A stretch of 64,000 bases of DNA from Motilibacteraceae bacterium (GCA_051954955.1 JBQCHF010000072.1:13319-77318); one strand, 5' to 3'. Shown: positions 1-9,501, numbered from the stretch's first letter. The notes: generated by a model from the sequence alone, not told the origin. Numbers and translations are program-made.

Positions 1-1011
1 GGGGTCCAGGCGCAGAGACTTGGCGACCTCGCGGGCCACCTCGAGCGCGACGGGCCCGTCGCCGACCACGGCGAGCACCTCGCCGGCGCCGGTCGGTGCG
101 GCCGGGGCCGTGGGCAGCACGGCCTCGATGGCGCGGGTGAGGCCGCCGACCAGGCCGTCGGCGCCGTCCAGCTCGACGTCCGCGGCCAGCTCGCGGGGCA
201 GCCCGAGCGAGGTGAGCCGGCGCAGCAGGCCGCCGAAGAGCTCCTCCGGGGCGACCGACGACGCGGGCTCGGCGACGACCGTCGACGCCGTCTCCGACGC
301 GGTGTCGGACTGGACGATCACCGCGGGGGCACTGTCCATCGCGCTCGCTGCCGTGACGTCCTCCGACGTCTCGTCGGAGAAGGAGGCGGCCGGCTCCTCC
401 CGGCGCGCCGGGCGCACCACGTTCCCGAGCTCGCTCGGCGCGATCGGCGCCGGCACGAACGGGCGCGCGTGGCTGAGCGGGCGCACGACCGGCTCGGGCT
501 CCGGCAGGACCGCCGGTGCGAGCAGCTCCGGCAGTGCGGCCGGCAGGTCGGTGGGGGCGGAGGGACTGCCGGCGGTGCGGGCGATCCCGGCCAGCACCGC
601 GGCGAAGTCGGGCCGCTCGGTGGAGATCGGACCCTCCGCCGGCGCGGGGGGCGTGGGCGGGGTCAGCGTGGCCGCGGTTGCGGCCGGCATCGCGAAGGCG
701 GCCTCCGCGGCGTCGATGGCGGCCGCGAGGTCGAGCAGCGAGGTGGGCGACGCGGGACTCTCGACGGCCGCTGCCGTCGCCTGCCTGGTTGGCGCGGCAG
801 CAGCGGCTATCTCCGACGCGTCGTCGGAGGAGGATGACGGGGCGTCGACCTCCACCGTCACCTCGAAGCGCTCGCGGGCGAAGAACCCGGCGAAGCCGCC
901 GCTGCGCACCTTCTCCGCGGACACGATGCGGGCGCCCGCCCCGTGCTCGGTCCGCACGCGGTCCAGCAGCACGGCGATGTCAGGACCCTCAAGCAACAGC
1001 CGCGTGGGCAC
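1..1011 (-). CDS. FlhF-like flagellar protein, N-terminal 337 codons (3' end lies beyond the left window edge)
   Basis: Absent from the ORF track because it runs off the edge. Manual minus-strand translation from GTG at 1011 stays in frame to position 1. It reads VPTRLLLEGPDIAVLLDRVRTEHGAGARIVSAEKVRSGGFAGFFARERFEVTVEV..., which fits the FlhF N-terminal (B) domain pattern. An Ala/Pro-rich linker follows, then ...GEVLAVVGDGPVALEVAREVAKSLRLDP at the edge. It sits directly after flhA, as in Bacillus and spirochaete fla operons, and its start overlaps the flhA 3' end by 23 nt. Confidence 0.45.
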   Translation of the reverse strand, partial: MPTRLLLEGPDIAVLLDRVRTEHGAGARIVSAEKVRSGGFAGFFARERFEVTVEVDAPSSSSDDASEIAAAAAPTRQATAAAVESPASPTSLLDLAAAIDAAEAAFAMPAATAATLTPPTPPAPAEGPISTERPDFAAVLAGIARTAGSPSAPTDLPAALPELLAPAVLPEPEPVVRPLSHARPFVPAPIAPSELGNVVRPARREEPAASFSDETSEDVTAASAMDSAPAVIVQSDTASETASTVVAEPASSVAPEELFGGLLRRLTSLGLPRELAADVELDGADGLVGGLTRAIEAVLPTAPAAPTGAGEVLAVVGDGPVALEVAREVAKSLRLDP

Positions 1012-3055
1012 GCGTCACCACTCCGATCGTGTCGATGTCGACGCCGTTGGACACCTCGCCGTAGGCGAGGACGGGCAGGCGGGGCAGCGTGGTCGCGACC
1101 AGCCGGCGCAGCGCGGGGCGCACCTGCGGGGAGCAGACCAGCACGGGGGTACGGCCGGCGCGCTCGCCGTCGTCGTGGGCGCGGGCGACGTCGCCGACGA
1201 TCGCCTCCATGCGCTCGGCGTCCAGCAGCAGGAACGAGCCGTTGTCGCTGGGGCGCAGCGACTCCAGCAGGCCCTGCTCCACGCGCGGGTCCAGGGTGAT
1301 GACGGCGAGGCGGCCGTCCACGACGTAGGGGGCGCAGATGGCGGCGCCGAGCGTGGCGCGCACCGCCTCGACCAGGCCCTCGTGGTCGGTGGAGGTGCGC
1401 GCGCGCAGGCTCATCGCCTCGAAGATGCGGACCAGGTCGCGGATCGCGACCTGCTCGTCCAGCAGCGACTGCAGCACCCGCTGCACCTCGCCGAGGCTGA
1501 GCGCGGACGGGGTGAGCTCCTCCACCACCGAGGGGTGGGTGCGCTTGACCAGGTCGGCGAGCACCCGCACGTCCTCGCGGCCGAGCAGGTCGGCGGCGTG
1601 GCTGCGCACCACCTCGGCCAGGTGCGTGGTGAGCACCGAGGCACGGTCCACGACGGTGGCGCCGGACAGCTCGGCCTGGTGGCGCAGCTCGGCCGGCACC
1701 CAGCGGGCCGGGAGGCCGAAGACTGGTTCGCGGGTCGGGCGGCCGGGGAGCACCTCGAGGTCGTCGCCGATGGCGAGCACCATCCCCGGCGGGGCCTCGC
1801 CGCGCGCCACCTCCACGCCGTTGACCCGCACCGCGTAGCTGGACAGCGGCAGCTCGAGGTCGTCGCGGGTGCGCACCAGCGGCAGCAGCAGGCCGAGGTC
1901 GAGGGCGACCTTGCGGCGCAGCGCGCGGATGCGGTCGAGCAGGTCCCCGCCGCTGGAGCTGTCCACGAGGTCGAGCAGGTCGGGGGCGAGCTCGAGGCCG
2001 AGCGGGTCCACCCGCATCTGCTCGGCCAGCGTCTCCGGAGAGTCCGGGCCGGCGATGGCCGGCAGCGCATCCGCTGTCTCCGACACCTCGTCGGAGGGGT
2101 TCGGGATGCGCGCGGCGATGAGCAGCACGGCGCCGCCGACGAGCAGGAACGGCAGCTTGGGCAGACCGGGGATGAGGCACAGCGCCACCGCCGCCCCGCC
2201 GCCCAGGCGCAGCGCGTGCTTCTGCGCGCCGAACTGGCGCAGGATGTCCCCGGCCATGTCGCCCTGGGTGGTGGACCGGGTGACGATGAGACCGGTGGAG
2301 ACCGACAGCAGCAGCGCGGGGATCTGCGAGACCAGGCCGTCGCCCACCGAGAGCAGGCTGTAGGTCGTGACGGCCTCGCCGATGGGCATGTGCTTCTGCA
2401 CGACGCCGACCACGAACCCACCGATGAGGTTCACCGCGGTGATGACGATGGCCGCGATCGCGTCGCCCTTCACGAACTTGCTCGCGCCGTCCATCGCGCC
2501 GTAGAAGTCGGCCTCGGCGGCCACCTCGGCGCGCCGCTTGCGCGCCTCGTCCTCGTCGATGAGCCCGGCGTTGAGGTCGGCGTCGATCGCCATCTGCTTG
2601 CCGGGCATGGCGTCCAGGGTGAACCGGGCGCCGACCTCGGCCACGCGGCCGGCACCGTTGGTGATGACCAGGAACTGGATGATCACCAGGATCAGGAAGA
2701 TGACCAGGCCGATGACCAGCGAGCCGCCGACGACGAAGTGCCCGAAGGCGTCGATGACCTTGCCGGCGTAGCCGTCGCGCAGCACCAGCCGGGTGGCGCT
2801 CACGTTGAGCGCGAGCCGGAACAGGGTCGCGACCAGCAGCAGCGAGGGGAACACCGCGAAGTCGAGCGGGCGGTGGACGTACATGCTCACCAGCAGGATG
2901 AGCAGGCCGGCGGTCACGTTGACCGCGAGCAGCATGTCCAGCACCGGCGTCGGCAGCGGCACGACCATCATCACGACGATCGCGACGACGGCCGCGGGGA
3001 TGCCGAACCGGCTCAGCCGGGCTCCGGCACCGGTCGGCTCAGGAGCAGCTGCCAT
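989..3055 (-). CDS. flhA: Flagellar export gate protein FlhA
   Basis: Track ORF 989..3181. I place the start at ATG 3055 (MAAAPEPTGAG...), because the 42 upstream codons are Arg-rich junk. The polytopic N-domain carries a FHIPEP-type sequence (NGAGRVAEVGARFTLDAMPGKQMAIDADLNAG). A large cytoplasmic C-domain follows. Confidence 0.95.
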   Translation of the reverse strand: MAAAPEPTGAGARLSRFGIPAAVVAIVVMMVVPLPTPVLDMLLAVNVTAGLLILLVSMYVHRPLDFAVFPSLLLVATLFRLALNVSATRLVLRDGYAGKVIDAFGHFVVGGSLVIGLVIFLILVIIQFLVITNGAGRVAEVGARFTLDAMPGKQMAIDADLNAGLIDEDEARKRRAEVAAEADFYGAMDGASKFVKGDAIAAIVITAVNLIGGFVVGVVQKHMPIGEAVTTYSLLSVGDGLVSQIPALLLSVSTGLIVTRSTTQGDMAGDILRQFGAQKHALRLGGGAAVALCLIPGLPKLPFLLVGGAVLLIAARIPNPSDEVSETADALPAIAGPDSPETLAEQMRVDPLGLELAPDLLDLVDSSSGGDLLDRIRALRRKVALDLGLLLPLVRTRDDLELPLSSYAVRVNGVEVARGEAPPGMVLAIGDDLEVLPGRPTREPVFGLPARWVPAELRHQAELSGATVVDRASVLTTHLAEVVRSHAADLLGREDVRVLADLVKRTHPSVVEELTPSALSLGEVQRVLQSLLDEQVAIRDLVRIFEAMSLRARTSTDHEGLVEAVRATLGAAICAPYVVDGRLAVITLDPRVEQGLLESLRPSDNGSFLLLDAERMEAIVGDVARAHDDGERAGRTPVLVCSPQVRPALRRLVATTLPRLPVLAYGEVSNGVDIDTIGVVTRAHAAVA

Positions 3056-3258
3056 GGAGTGCGCACCGTCCGCAGGGTTGTCGGTCGGGGAGGGTCCCCC
3101 GGTCTGGCGGGTGGGGTGGCGAGCAGTCCGTGCCCGCCGGTGCGCCGTCCTGGCACCTCCTTCTTCGGCCGCGCCGATCACGACCTGAGCGGTGAGATGG
3201 GTGGAAGTGACCGTCCAGCTGCGGTTGTATCGGGGCAGAACCGGGCGAGGGAGCGGGG

Positions 3259-3598
3259 ATGAGCGAGCACGAGCTGGGCCGGGACGACGTCAAGGCGGCG
3301 CTGGCCGCACGCCGGGAGCTCGGGCCGGACTACGACGACGCCGTCGCCGACGCGCTGGGGGCCCCGGGTGGAGGCGGCGCTCGAGGCCCGCGGCAAGTCC
3401 CTGTCCAAGGCCGGCAAGGAGGCCAAGGCGAGCCAGGAGCGCGCCCTCGGGGTGGCGCTGGGCAGCCTCGGCATCGGCGTCCCGCTCACCGCCATCGCCG
3501 GGGGCATCACCGGCCTGCCCGGCATCGTCACCGCCTGGGCGGGCATCGCCGTCGTCAACGTCGCCTACGCGTGGGGTCAGTGCCAGCACCGTCACTGA
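3259..3598 (+). pseudogene. Small membrane protein gene on the opposite strand, with the reading frame broken at a G5C4G3 run (true frameshift or sequencing error)
   Basis: High-GC3 coding signal runs in frame 1 from ATG 3259 (MSEHELGRDDVKAALAARRELGPDYDDAVADALG). Around 3357-3368 it switches to frame 2 (VEAALEARGKSLSKAGKEAKASQERALGVALGSLGIGVPLTAIAGGITGLPGIVTAWAGIAVVNVAYAWGQCQHRH, stop at 3598). After the switch, frame 1 loses its GC3 bias and reads as Gly/Arg junk. The track lists only the pieces 3259.. and 3368..3598. Confidence 0.55.
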
Positions 3599-3630
3599 CG
3601 CCACTCCCAGCCCGTCGGTCGGCCCTGCCC

Positions 3631-4740
3631 TCAGCGGCGGGCGAGCGTCCGCTCGGGCGGGAGCCGGTGGGTGCCCGAGGCCACCCCGCGGGCCTTGAGC
3701 GACATGATGAAGGCGAGCACGCGGGCGACGGCGGCGTAGAGGTCGGCGGGGATCTCGTCGCCGAGGTCGCAGGCGCGGTGCAGGGCGCGGGCCAGCGGCA
3801 CGTCCTGCACCAGGGGCACCCGGTGCTCGGCGGCCCGTTCGCGGATCTTCGCGGCCACGGTCCCGGCCCCCTTGGCCACCACCCGCGGGGCGCCCTTGGA
3901 CGGGTCGTACCGCAGGGCCACCGCCACGTGGGTCGGGTTGACCAGGACGACGTCGGCCGTGGCGACGTCGGACATCATCCGGTTGCGGCTCATGGCCAGC
4001 TGCCGGGAGCGGATCTGGCCCTTGACGTGCGGGTCGCCCTCGGACTGGCGGGCCTCCTCCTTGATCTCCTGCTTGGTCATCCGCAGCTGCTTGTCCAGCC
4101 GACGGCGCTGATAGGCGTAGTCGGCCGCGCCCATCACCAGGCCGGCCAGCGCGACGTCGCGGACCAGGCGGAGCACCGCGTCGCCGGCGGTGGCCAGCAC
4201 CGAGGACAGCGGCAGCGGGCCGGTGCCGACCAGCTGGGGCACCAGGTCGCGGCAGGTGCGGTAGACCAGGAAGGCGATCACGGTGCTCTTCGCGACGGCC
4301 TTCACCGCCTCCCACATCGCGTGCGGGCCGGCCATCCGCTTGATGCCGTTCACCGGGTTCAGGTTCTTCAGCTGGGGTTTGAGGTTCTTGGTCGCCACGT
4401 GCACGCCACCCTGCGCCGCGCCGATCGCGAACGCGGTCACGGCCAGGGCGAGGCCCAGCGGCAGGATGCCCCACACCAGGGCGCGGGCCCCGGCCGCGCC
4501 CACTGAGGCCAGCGAGGACACCTCCGGGTCCGCGACCGCCTGCGGCCAGCGGCCCACCAACGCCACCAGCTCCTGGCCCGCGTGGCTGAAGCCGATCTTG
4601 GCCACCACCGACGCGACGAGCACCAGCGTCCAGGCCCCCAGGTCCTGGGTGCGGGCGACCCGCCCCTCCTTGCGCGCCTCCTTCAGGCGCTTGGGAGTGG
4701 GCTTCTCGGTCTTCTCACCGCCGCCACCGCCGCCGCTCAC
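3631..4740 (-). CDS. flhB: Flagellar export switch protein FlhB
   Basis: The N-terminus reads EKTEKPTPKRLKEARKEGRVARTQDL. Four TM segments follow. The C-domain reads ...DPSKGAPRVVAKGAGTVAAKIRERAAEHRVPLVQDVPLARAL, which is typical of the FlhB/YscU family. Confidence 0.95.
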   Translation of the reverse strand: MSGGGGGGEKTEKPTPKRLKEARKEGRVARTQDLGAWTLVLVASVVAKIGFSHAGQELVALVGRWPQAVADPEVSSLASVGAAGARALVWGILPLGLALAVTAFAIGAAQGGVHVATKNLKPQLKNLNPVNGIKRMAGPHAMWEAVKAVAKSTVIAFLVYRTCRDLVPQLVGTGPLPLSSVLATAGDAVLRLVRDVALAGLVMGAADYAYQRRRLDKQLRMTKQEIKEEARQSEGDPHVKGQIRSRQLAMSRNRMMSDVATADVVLVNPTHVAVALRYDPSKGAPRVVAKGAGTVAAKIRERAAEHRVPLVQDVPLARALHRACDLGDEIPADLYAAVARVLAFIMSLKARGVASGTHRLPPERTLARR

Positions 4741-4757
4741 CGCTCACCTCCCACGGC

Positions 4758-5537
4758 TCAGCCACCGCCCAGCGCGGCCGCGGCCCGGGTGGCGGTGTCG
4801 ACCAGGTCGGTGACCACGCCGGGCAGCAGCGGGAAGGTGAGGCCGACCAGCAGCAGGGTGAGGCCGATCTTCACCGGGAAGCCGATGGAGAGGGCGTTGA
4901 GCGAGGGCGCCACCCGGGTGAGCAGGCCCAGGCCGAGGTCGGCGATGAAGAGCACGGCCACCAGGGGGGCGGCGATCTGCAGCGCCGACACGAAGAAGTG
5001 ACCCAGGCCGGTCGTCAGCACGGTGCCGAGCCGACCCAGGTCGATGCCGCCGTCCAGCGGGATCGCGTCGTAGGAGGACAGGAAGCCGCGGACCACCAGC
5101 AGGTGCCCGCCGGTGGCGAACAGCAGCACGGTGGCCAGCATCTGGTGCAGCCGGCCGAACACCGACGACTGGGCCAGCGACAGCGGGTCGTAGGCCGCAG
5201 CGAGGGTGAAGCCGCCGAACAGGTCGATCAGGTCGCCGGCCGCCTGCACCGCGGCGAAGACCAGGTAGGTGATGAATCCGAGCGCGGTGCCGACGACCAC
5301 CTGCACCACCACCGCCCCGGCGAACGCGCCGAGGTCCAGGCTCGGGACCTGCCCGGCCAGCCGCGGCACCACCGGTAGCGCGAGCGCCGCCGCCATCGCC
5401 CCCTTGGCCGCGCCGGGGATCGCCCGGGTGCTGAACGGCGGGCAGATGACCAGCCAGGCCGCGGTGCGCACCGTCGCCAGCAGCAGGGCGACGAGCGAGC
5501 CGGTGGCCAGCTCGAGGTTCATGTGCTCAGCCCGCAC
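4758..5537 (-). CDS. fliR: Flagellar export apparatus protein FliR
   Basis: Polytopic membrane protein following fliQ (LVALLLATVRTAAWLVICPPFS...). GTG 5537 overlaps fliQ by 11 nt. An alternative ATG at 5522 lies 4 nt after the fliQ stop. Confidence 0.9.
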   Translation of the reverse strand: MRAEHMNLELATGSLVALLLATVRTAAWLVICPPFSTRAIPGAAKGAMAAALALPVVPRLAGQVPSLDLGAFAGAVVVQVVVGTALGFITYLVFAAVQAAGDLIDLFGGFTLAAAYDPLSLAQSSVFGRLHQMLATVLLFATGGHLLVVRGFLSSYDAIPLDGGIDLGRLGTVLTTGLGHFFVSALQIAAPLVAVLFIADLGLGLLTRVAPSLNALSIGFPVKIGLTLLLVGLTFPLLPGVVTDLVDTATRAAAALGGG

Positions 5538-5802
5538 CGAGCAGCTTGGGCAGCTGCGTGAACAGGTCCTGGGTGAACGACACCAGCGTGTGCAGCATCC
5601 AGTTGCCGGTGAGGAGGATCGCGAGCCCGACGGCGATCGCCTTGGGCACGAAGGAGAGCGTGACCTCCTGGATCTGCGTCACCGACTGGAACAGCGAGAT
5701 CCCGAAGCCCACCACGAGCGCGGTGAGCAGCATCGGGGCGCACAGCTTGGCCGCCACCAGCATGGCCTGCAGGCCGATCTGCAGGACGTCGCCGTCAGTC
5801 AT
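5527..5802 (-). CDS. fliQ: Flagellar export apparatus protein FliQ
   Basis: 91 aa and two TM segments. Sequence: LQAMLVAAKLCAPMLLTALVVGFGISLFQSVTQIQEVTLSFVPKAIAV. Confidence 0.95.
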   Translation of the reverse strand: MTDGDVLQIGLQAMLVAAKLCAPMLLTALVVGFGISLFQSVTQIQEVTLSFVPKAIAVGLAILLTGNWMLHTLVSFTQDLFTQLPKLLGAG

Positions 5803-5811
5803 CTCGGCCCC

Positions 5812-6684
5812 CTACCGGTAGCTCTGCACGAGGGAGGTGACGACCAGACCCCAGCCGTCGACGAGCACGAAGAGCAGCAGCTTGAACGGCAGCGACACCA
5901 TGACCGGCGGCAGCATCATCATGCCCAGCGACATCAGCGACGCCGAGACGACGATGTCGATGACCAGGAACGGCACGAAGATGACGAAGCCGATGATGAA
6001 CGCGGCCTTGAGCTCGCTGAGCATGAAGGCCGGGATGAGCGTGGTGAGCGGCACGTCGTCGCGGGTGGCCGGCAGGTCGCGGTCGGCCGCCTTGGTGATG
6101 AGCGCCAGCTCCTCCTTGCGGGTGTGATCCAGCATGAAGGTCTTGAGCGGCTTGGAGCCTGCGTCGAAGGCCTGCGACGCCGTCACCGTGCCCTTGAGGT
6201 AGGGCTGCACGCCCTGGCTGTTCACCTGCGCCAGAACCGGGCCCATGATGAACAGCGAGAGGAACATCGCCAGGCCCACGAGCACCTGGTTCGGCGGGGT
6301 GCCCTGCAGGCCCAGCGCGTTGCGGGTCAGCCCGAGCACCACCACGATCTTCGTGAAGCTGGTGGTCATGAGCAGCAGTGCCGGGGCCACCGAGAGCAGG
6401 GTGACCGCCAGGATCACCGCGACCGAGCTGCTCGGCTTGCCGTTCACGCCGTTGATGTCCACGGTGACGGTGCCACTGCCGGTGGGCGCGGCCGGCGACG
6501 TCGGCTGCACCGGCGCGGTCGGCGCGCCGGGCGCCGCGCCGACCTGCGAGGTCACCGACAGGTTGTAGGAGGAGGCGGTCGCCGCCTGCGCGGGCGACGC
6601 CAGGGCCGCCGTGGTCACCGCGACCCCGCCACCCAGGGACAGTGCGAGCACCGTGCCGGCGACCAGCCTGCGGGCGCGCGTCAT
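5812..6684 (-). CDS. fliP: Flagellar export apparatus protein FliP, with signal peptide and an unusually long Pro/Ala/Thr linker
   Basis: The C-terminal 230 aa are canonical FliP (LLLMTTSFTKIVVVLGLTRNALGLQGTPPNQVLVGLAMFLSLFIMGPV...). The track ORF extends to 7107, but those 141 upstream codons are Gly/Arg junk overlapping fliO. I start at ATG 6684 (MTRARRLVAGTVLALSLGGGVAVTTAALASPAQA). Confidence 0.9.
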   Translation of the reverse strand: MTRARRLVAGTVLALSLGGGVAVTTAALASPAQAATASSYNLSVTSQVGAAPGAPTAPVQPTSPAAPTGSGTVTVDINGVNGKPSSSVAVILAVTLLSVAPALLLMTTSFTKIVVVLGLTRNALGLQGTPPNQVLVGLAMFLSLFIMGPVLAQVNSQGVQPYLKGTVTASQAFDAGSKPLKTFMLDHTRKEELALITKAADRDLPATRDDVPLTTLIPAFMLSELKAAFIIGFVIFVPFLVIDIVVSASLMSLGMMMLPPVMVSLPFKLLLFVLVDGWGLVVTSLVQSYR

Positions 6685-6722
6685 CGAGGCCGGGCGCTCG
6701 CTCCGGCCGGGGGACCCCACGA

Positions 6723-7169
6723 TCAGCCCTTCCGCACGCTGCGCTCGCGCAGCACCTCGACGGCCTGCCGCCACGTGCCGGGCGAGAGGACCGAGCCGGC
6801 CAGCGGTCCGCTGGTGGCGCCGGCCGCGGCCGGCGAGGCCACGCCGGCGCTCCCGGCGGACAGCTCCACCACCGGCTCGCGGCGCTCCACCGGGGCCGGT
6901 CGAGCCGTGGCCGCCTCCACCGCGAGCGGGTCGGCCGCGCCCAGCAGGCTCACCGAGTGCTCGGTCACCCCGAGCACCAGGACGTCGCCGGCGACCTTGA
7001 CCACCGCGACCGAGGAGCCCTTGCCCAGCGGTGCCCGGCTGACCACCTCGACGACGCCGGCGGACCGGCCGGCGCCCCGCGACTGCAGCACCCGGGCCGC
7101 CACCCACATCACGCCGAGGACGGCGATCAGGGACAGCGTGACCCGGATGGCCAGGGCGGCCCCGTTCAC
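6723..7169 (-). CDS. fliO: FliO/FliZ-type flagellar biosynthesis protein
   Basis: Single N-terminal TM ([17 protein letters not shown]), followed by [35 protein letters not shown], a FliO-type motif. Position between fliN and fliP. 4-nt overlap with the fliN stop. Confidence 0.7.
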   Translation of the reverse strand: MNGAALAIRVTLSLIAVLGVMWVAARVLQSRGAGRSAGVVEVVSRAPLGKGSSVAVVKVAGDVLVLGVTEHSVSLLGAADPLAVEAATARPAPVERREPVVELSAGSAGVASPAAAGATSGPLAGSVLSPGTWRQAVEVLRERSVRKG

Positions 7170-7939
7170 GCGGCCCCCGCCACGCCGGCGGCGCCGTTGG
7201 CGTTCGGGCCGACGATCTCGGTGATCCGGATACCGAAGTCCTCGTCCACCACGACGACCTCGCCGCGGGCGATCAGCGTGCCGTTCACCAGCAGGTCGGC
7301 GGGGCTACCGGCGGCCCGGTCCAGCTCCACCACCGCGCCGGGCGAGAGCGAGAGCAGCTCGCGGACGGTCATCCGGGTGCGGCCGAGCTCGACCGTCACC
7401 TCCATCTCGACGTCGCGCAGCAGCTCCAGGCCGTTGGCCCGCATCTGCGCGGGCACGGTCGGGCCGGCGGCCACCGCGGCCGAGGTCGCCGCGATGACGA
7501 CGGTGGCGACCACCGACGCGTCGTCGGAGACGAGCGGCGCCAGGTGCGCGCCCGGCTCGCCGAGCACGCTCTCCAGGGCCACCTCGAGCGGCAGCTCGGC
7601 GGCGCGCTCCACGCTGGTGCCCAGCGCCGCGGCCGCGGCGTCCAGGGCCGGCTGCACGGCGGCGGCCACGTCCAGCTCGCCCAGCGGGCTGGAGCGCAGC
7701 GCCTCCACCAGGTCGGCAGCGACGACGACCACCAGCTGCCCTTCCACCGGGCTGCCGGGGGCGACCCCGAGCCGGGCGACCACGGCCGCCCCGGGAGTCT
7801 CGGGCAGGGGCACCTCGGCGTCGACGGCCACCGGGGCGACGTCGGCGGCGGTGAGCGCCACCGGCACCGGCAGGGCCGCGGCCAGGGCGGCCACCGCGGG
7901 CCGCAGGTCGGGGACGACGGGCTTGGCGAGCTGGCTCAT
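7166..7939 (-). CDS. fliN: Flagellar motor switch protein FliN, long form with a FliY-like N-terminal extension
   Basis: C-terminal SpoA domain: [73 protein letters not shown]. Start ATG 7939 forms an ATGA overlap with the fliM stop. The rest of track ORF 7166..8920 is out-of-frame read-through. Confidence 0.9.
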   Translation of the reverse strand: MSQLAKPVVPDLRPAVAALAAALPVPVALTAADVAPVAVDAEVPLPETPGAAVVARLGVAPGSPVEGQLVVVVAADLVEALRSSPLGELDVAAAVQPALDAAAAALGTSVERAAELPLEVALESVLGEPGAHLAPLVSDDASVVATVVIAATSAAVAAGPTVPAQMRANGLELLRDVEMEVTVELGRTRMTVRELLSLSPGAVVELDRAAGSPADLLVNGTLIARGEVVVVDEDFGIRITEIVGPNANGAAGVAGAA

Positions 7940-8931
7940 GACTGGCTCTCTCCCAGGGGTTCGTCGACGACCAGGCAGGCGAGCCGCTTGCCCTTGGCTC
8001 CGGCCACGGCGTGGGCGAAGGTGACGTCGGCCGCGGTGACGGCGAGGGGTGCGGAGACGGGGTGGTCCAGGCCGATGACGTCGCCGACGGCGAGCCCGAC
8101 CAGGGCCTGCGGGGTGAGCGGGGTGGCGCGGAAGCGGACCGCGACGTCCACCGGGACCTCCTGCAGCCGCTCGGCGACCGCGCGCCCGGCGGCGGCGCGG
8201 GCAGCCCGCTCGCGCTCGCTGGTGACGCCGTGGCCGAGGGCGATCTCCAGCAGCGGGAACACGCCGTTGAAGGGCAGGCACACGGTGGCGACGCACTCGT
8301 CGCGGCCCACGTGCAGGTCGAAGCTGGCCACGATGACGACGTCGGCGGCGGAGGCGGCCTGAGCGAACTGTGGGTTGTACTCGATGCTGGTGACCTCGGG
8401 CTGCACCCGGGTGACCGGCTCGAAGGCGTAGCGCAGCTCGCCCAGCACCCGGAGCACCAGGCTCTTGAGCAGCGTCGACTCGATGTCCGAGAGCGGCCGG
8501 GTCGGCTGGTCCGGCGCCCCCGGGCCGCCGAGCATGTGGTCCACGCTCGTCATCGCGCTGGACACCGAGAACTCCAGCACGCCCGCGCCGACGATCGGCT
8601 CGAGGGAGAGGATGTGCATCAGCGTGGGGTTGGACAGCGTGCCGACGTACTCGTCGTAGGTCTGCTGCTCGATACTGACCAGCGACACCTGGGCCAGCGC
8701 GCGCAGGCTCGTCGTGAGCACGGTGGTCCACTGCCGGGCGAACGTCTCGAAGACGATCTGCAGGGCGCGGACATGCTCGCGCGAGAGCTTGGTCGGGCGA
8801 CGGAAGTCGTACGGCTGAGGACCGTTGCCGCGCGAGCGCCGCCCGACGCGATGACGGGAGGCGCGCGCGGACCCGTCCGGGGTGGCGGCAGCGGCCGGCG
8901 CGTCGATGCTCACGACGCACCGGATCGGCAC
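7936..8931 (-). CDS. fliM: Flagellar motor switch protein FliM
   Basis: Sequence: [57 protein letters not shown]... A C-terminal SpoA-like segment is present. The start is uncertain (GTG 8931 or GTG 8913). Confidence 0.9.
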   Translation of the reverse strand: MPIRCVVSIDAPAAAATPDGSARASRHRVGRRSRGNGPQPYDFRRPTKLSREHVRALQIVFETFARQWTTVLTTSLRALAQVSLVSIEQQTYDEYVGTLSNPTLMHILSLEPIVGAGVLEFSVSSAMTSVDHMLGGPGAPDQPTRPLSDIESTLLKSLVLRVLGELRYAFEPVTRVQPEVTSIEYNPQFAQAASAADVVIVASFDLHVGRDECVATVCLPFNGVFPLLEIALGHGVTSERERAARAAAGRAVAERLQEVPVDVAVRFRATPLTPQALVGLAVGDVIGLDHPVSAPLAVTAADVTFAHAVAGAKGKRLACLVVDEPLGESQS

Positions 8932-8950
8932 TACGGCGGACCGGATGAGG

Positions 8951-8972
8951 AAAAGGGGCGGACCGGGCCGCC
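8951..8972 (-). terminator. Weak GC hairpin plus TTTT in the 108-nt fliL-fliM gap (possible attenuator)
   Basis: Minus-sense sequence is GGCGG-cccggt-CCGCC followed by CCTTTTCC. A T4 run stands out in this GC-rich context. The stem is only 5 bp. Confidence 0.25.
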
Positions 8973-9039
8973 TGCTGGCCCGTCCGTGACGGTGGGTGAC
9001 GGCGGAGGGAGCGAGCCCCCCGCCCCGCTCACCGCAGGG

Positions 9040-9486
9040 TCACTGGGTGACGAACTGGGTGAAGTACACCCCCATCACGTCGCCCTCGTAGGCCTTGTCG
9101 ACCTGCTCGCCGAGCTGCTGCTTGAGCTTCTCCCGTGCCGTGGCGCTGCCCAGCTCAGCCACCTTACGGCCGCTGAACAGGTCGATGGCGAGGTCGAGGG
9201 CATGGCTGCCGTCGGGCGCCTCCTTGGCGGCCTTGGTCGCCTGCAGGGCCAGCCCGAGCTTGAGGTAGTGGCCGTCGGCGAGGTTGAGGGTGATCGGGTC
9301 CAGCGCGATGACCGCGCCGGGCACGGGCTTCGCCGGCCCGGACGGCTTGAGGAAGAAGAAGTAGCCGGCGCCCAGCACCGCGACGAGCAGCACCGCGATG
9401 ACGAGCAGCTTCTTCTTGCCGCCCTTCTTCGTCTCCTCGGCACCCTCCTCGGGGGCTTCGGTCTTCTCCTTGGTGGCAGTGGCCAT
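9040..9486 (-). CDS. fliL: Flagellar basal-body-associated protein FliL
   Basis: Lys-rich N-terminus and a single TM (LLVIAVLLVAVLGAGYFFF). Then ALDPITLNLADGHYLKLGLALQ...VYFTQFVTQ, a typical FliL pattern. Confidence 0.85.
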   Translation of the reverse strand: MATATKEKTEAPEEGAEETKKGGKKKLLVIAVLLVAVLGAGYFFFLKPSGPAKPVPGAVIALDPITLNLADGHYLKLGLALQATKAAKEAPDGSHALDLAIDLFSGRKVAELGSATAREKLKQQLGEQVDKAYEGDVMGVYFTQFVTQ

Positions 9487-9501
9487 GACGACCTCCTCTC
9501 G

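Noticed and set aside
20-3262. 1080-aa plus-strand ORF, the longest in the track
   Set aside because: It is antisense to flhA and the FlhF-like gene. Its composition is Ala/Gly/Arg/Ser low-complexity with no recognisable motif, while the minus strand encodes canonical FlhA. It is a typical high-GC shadow ORF.
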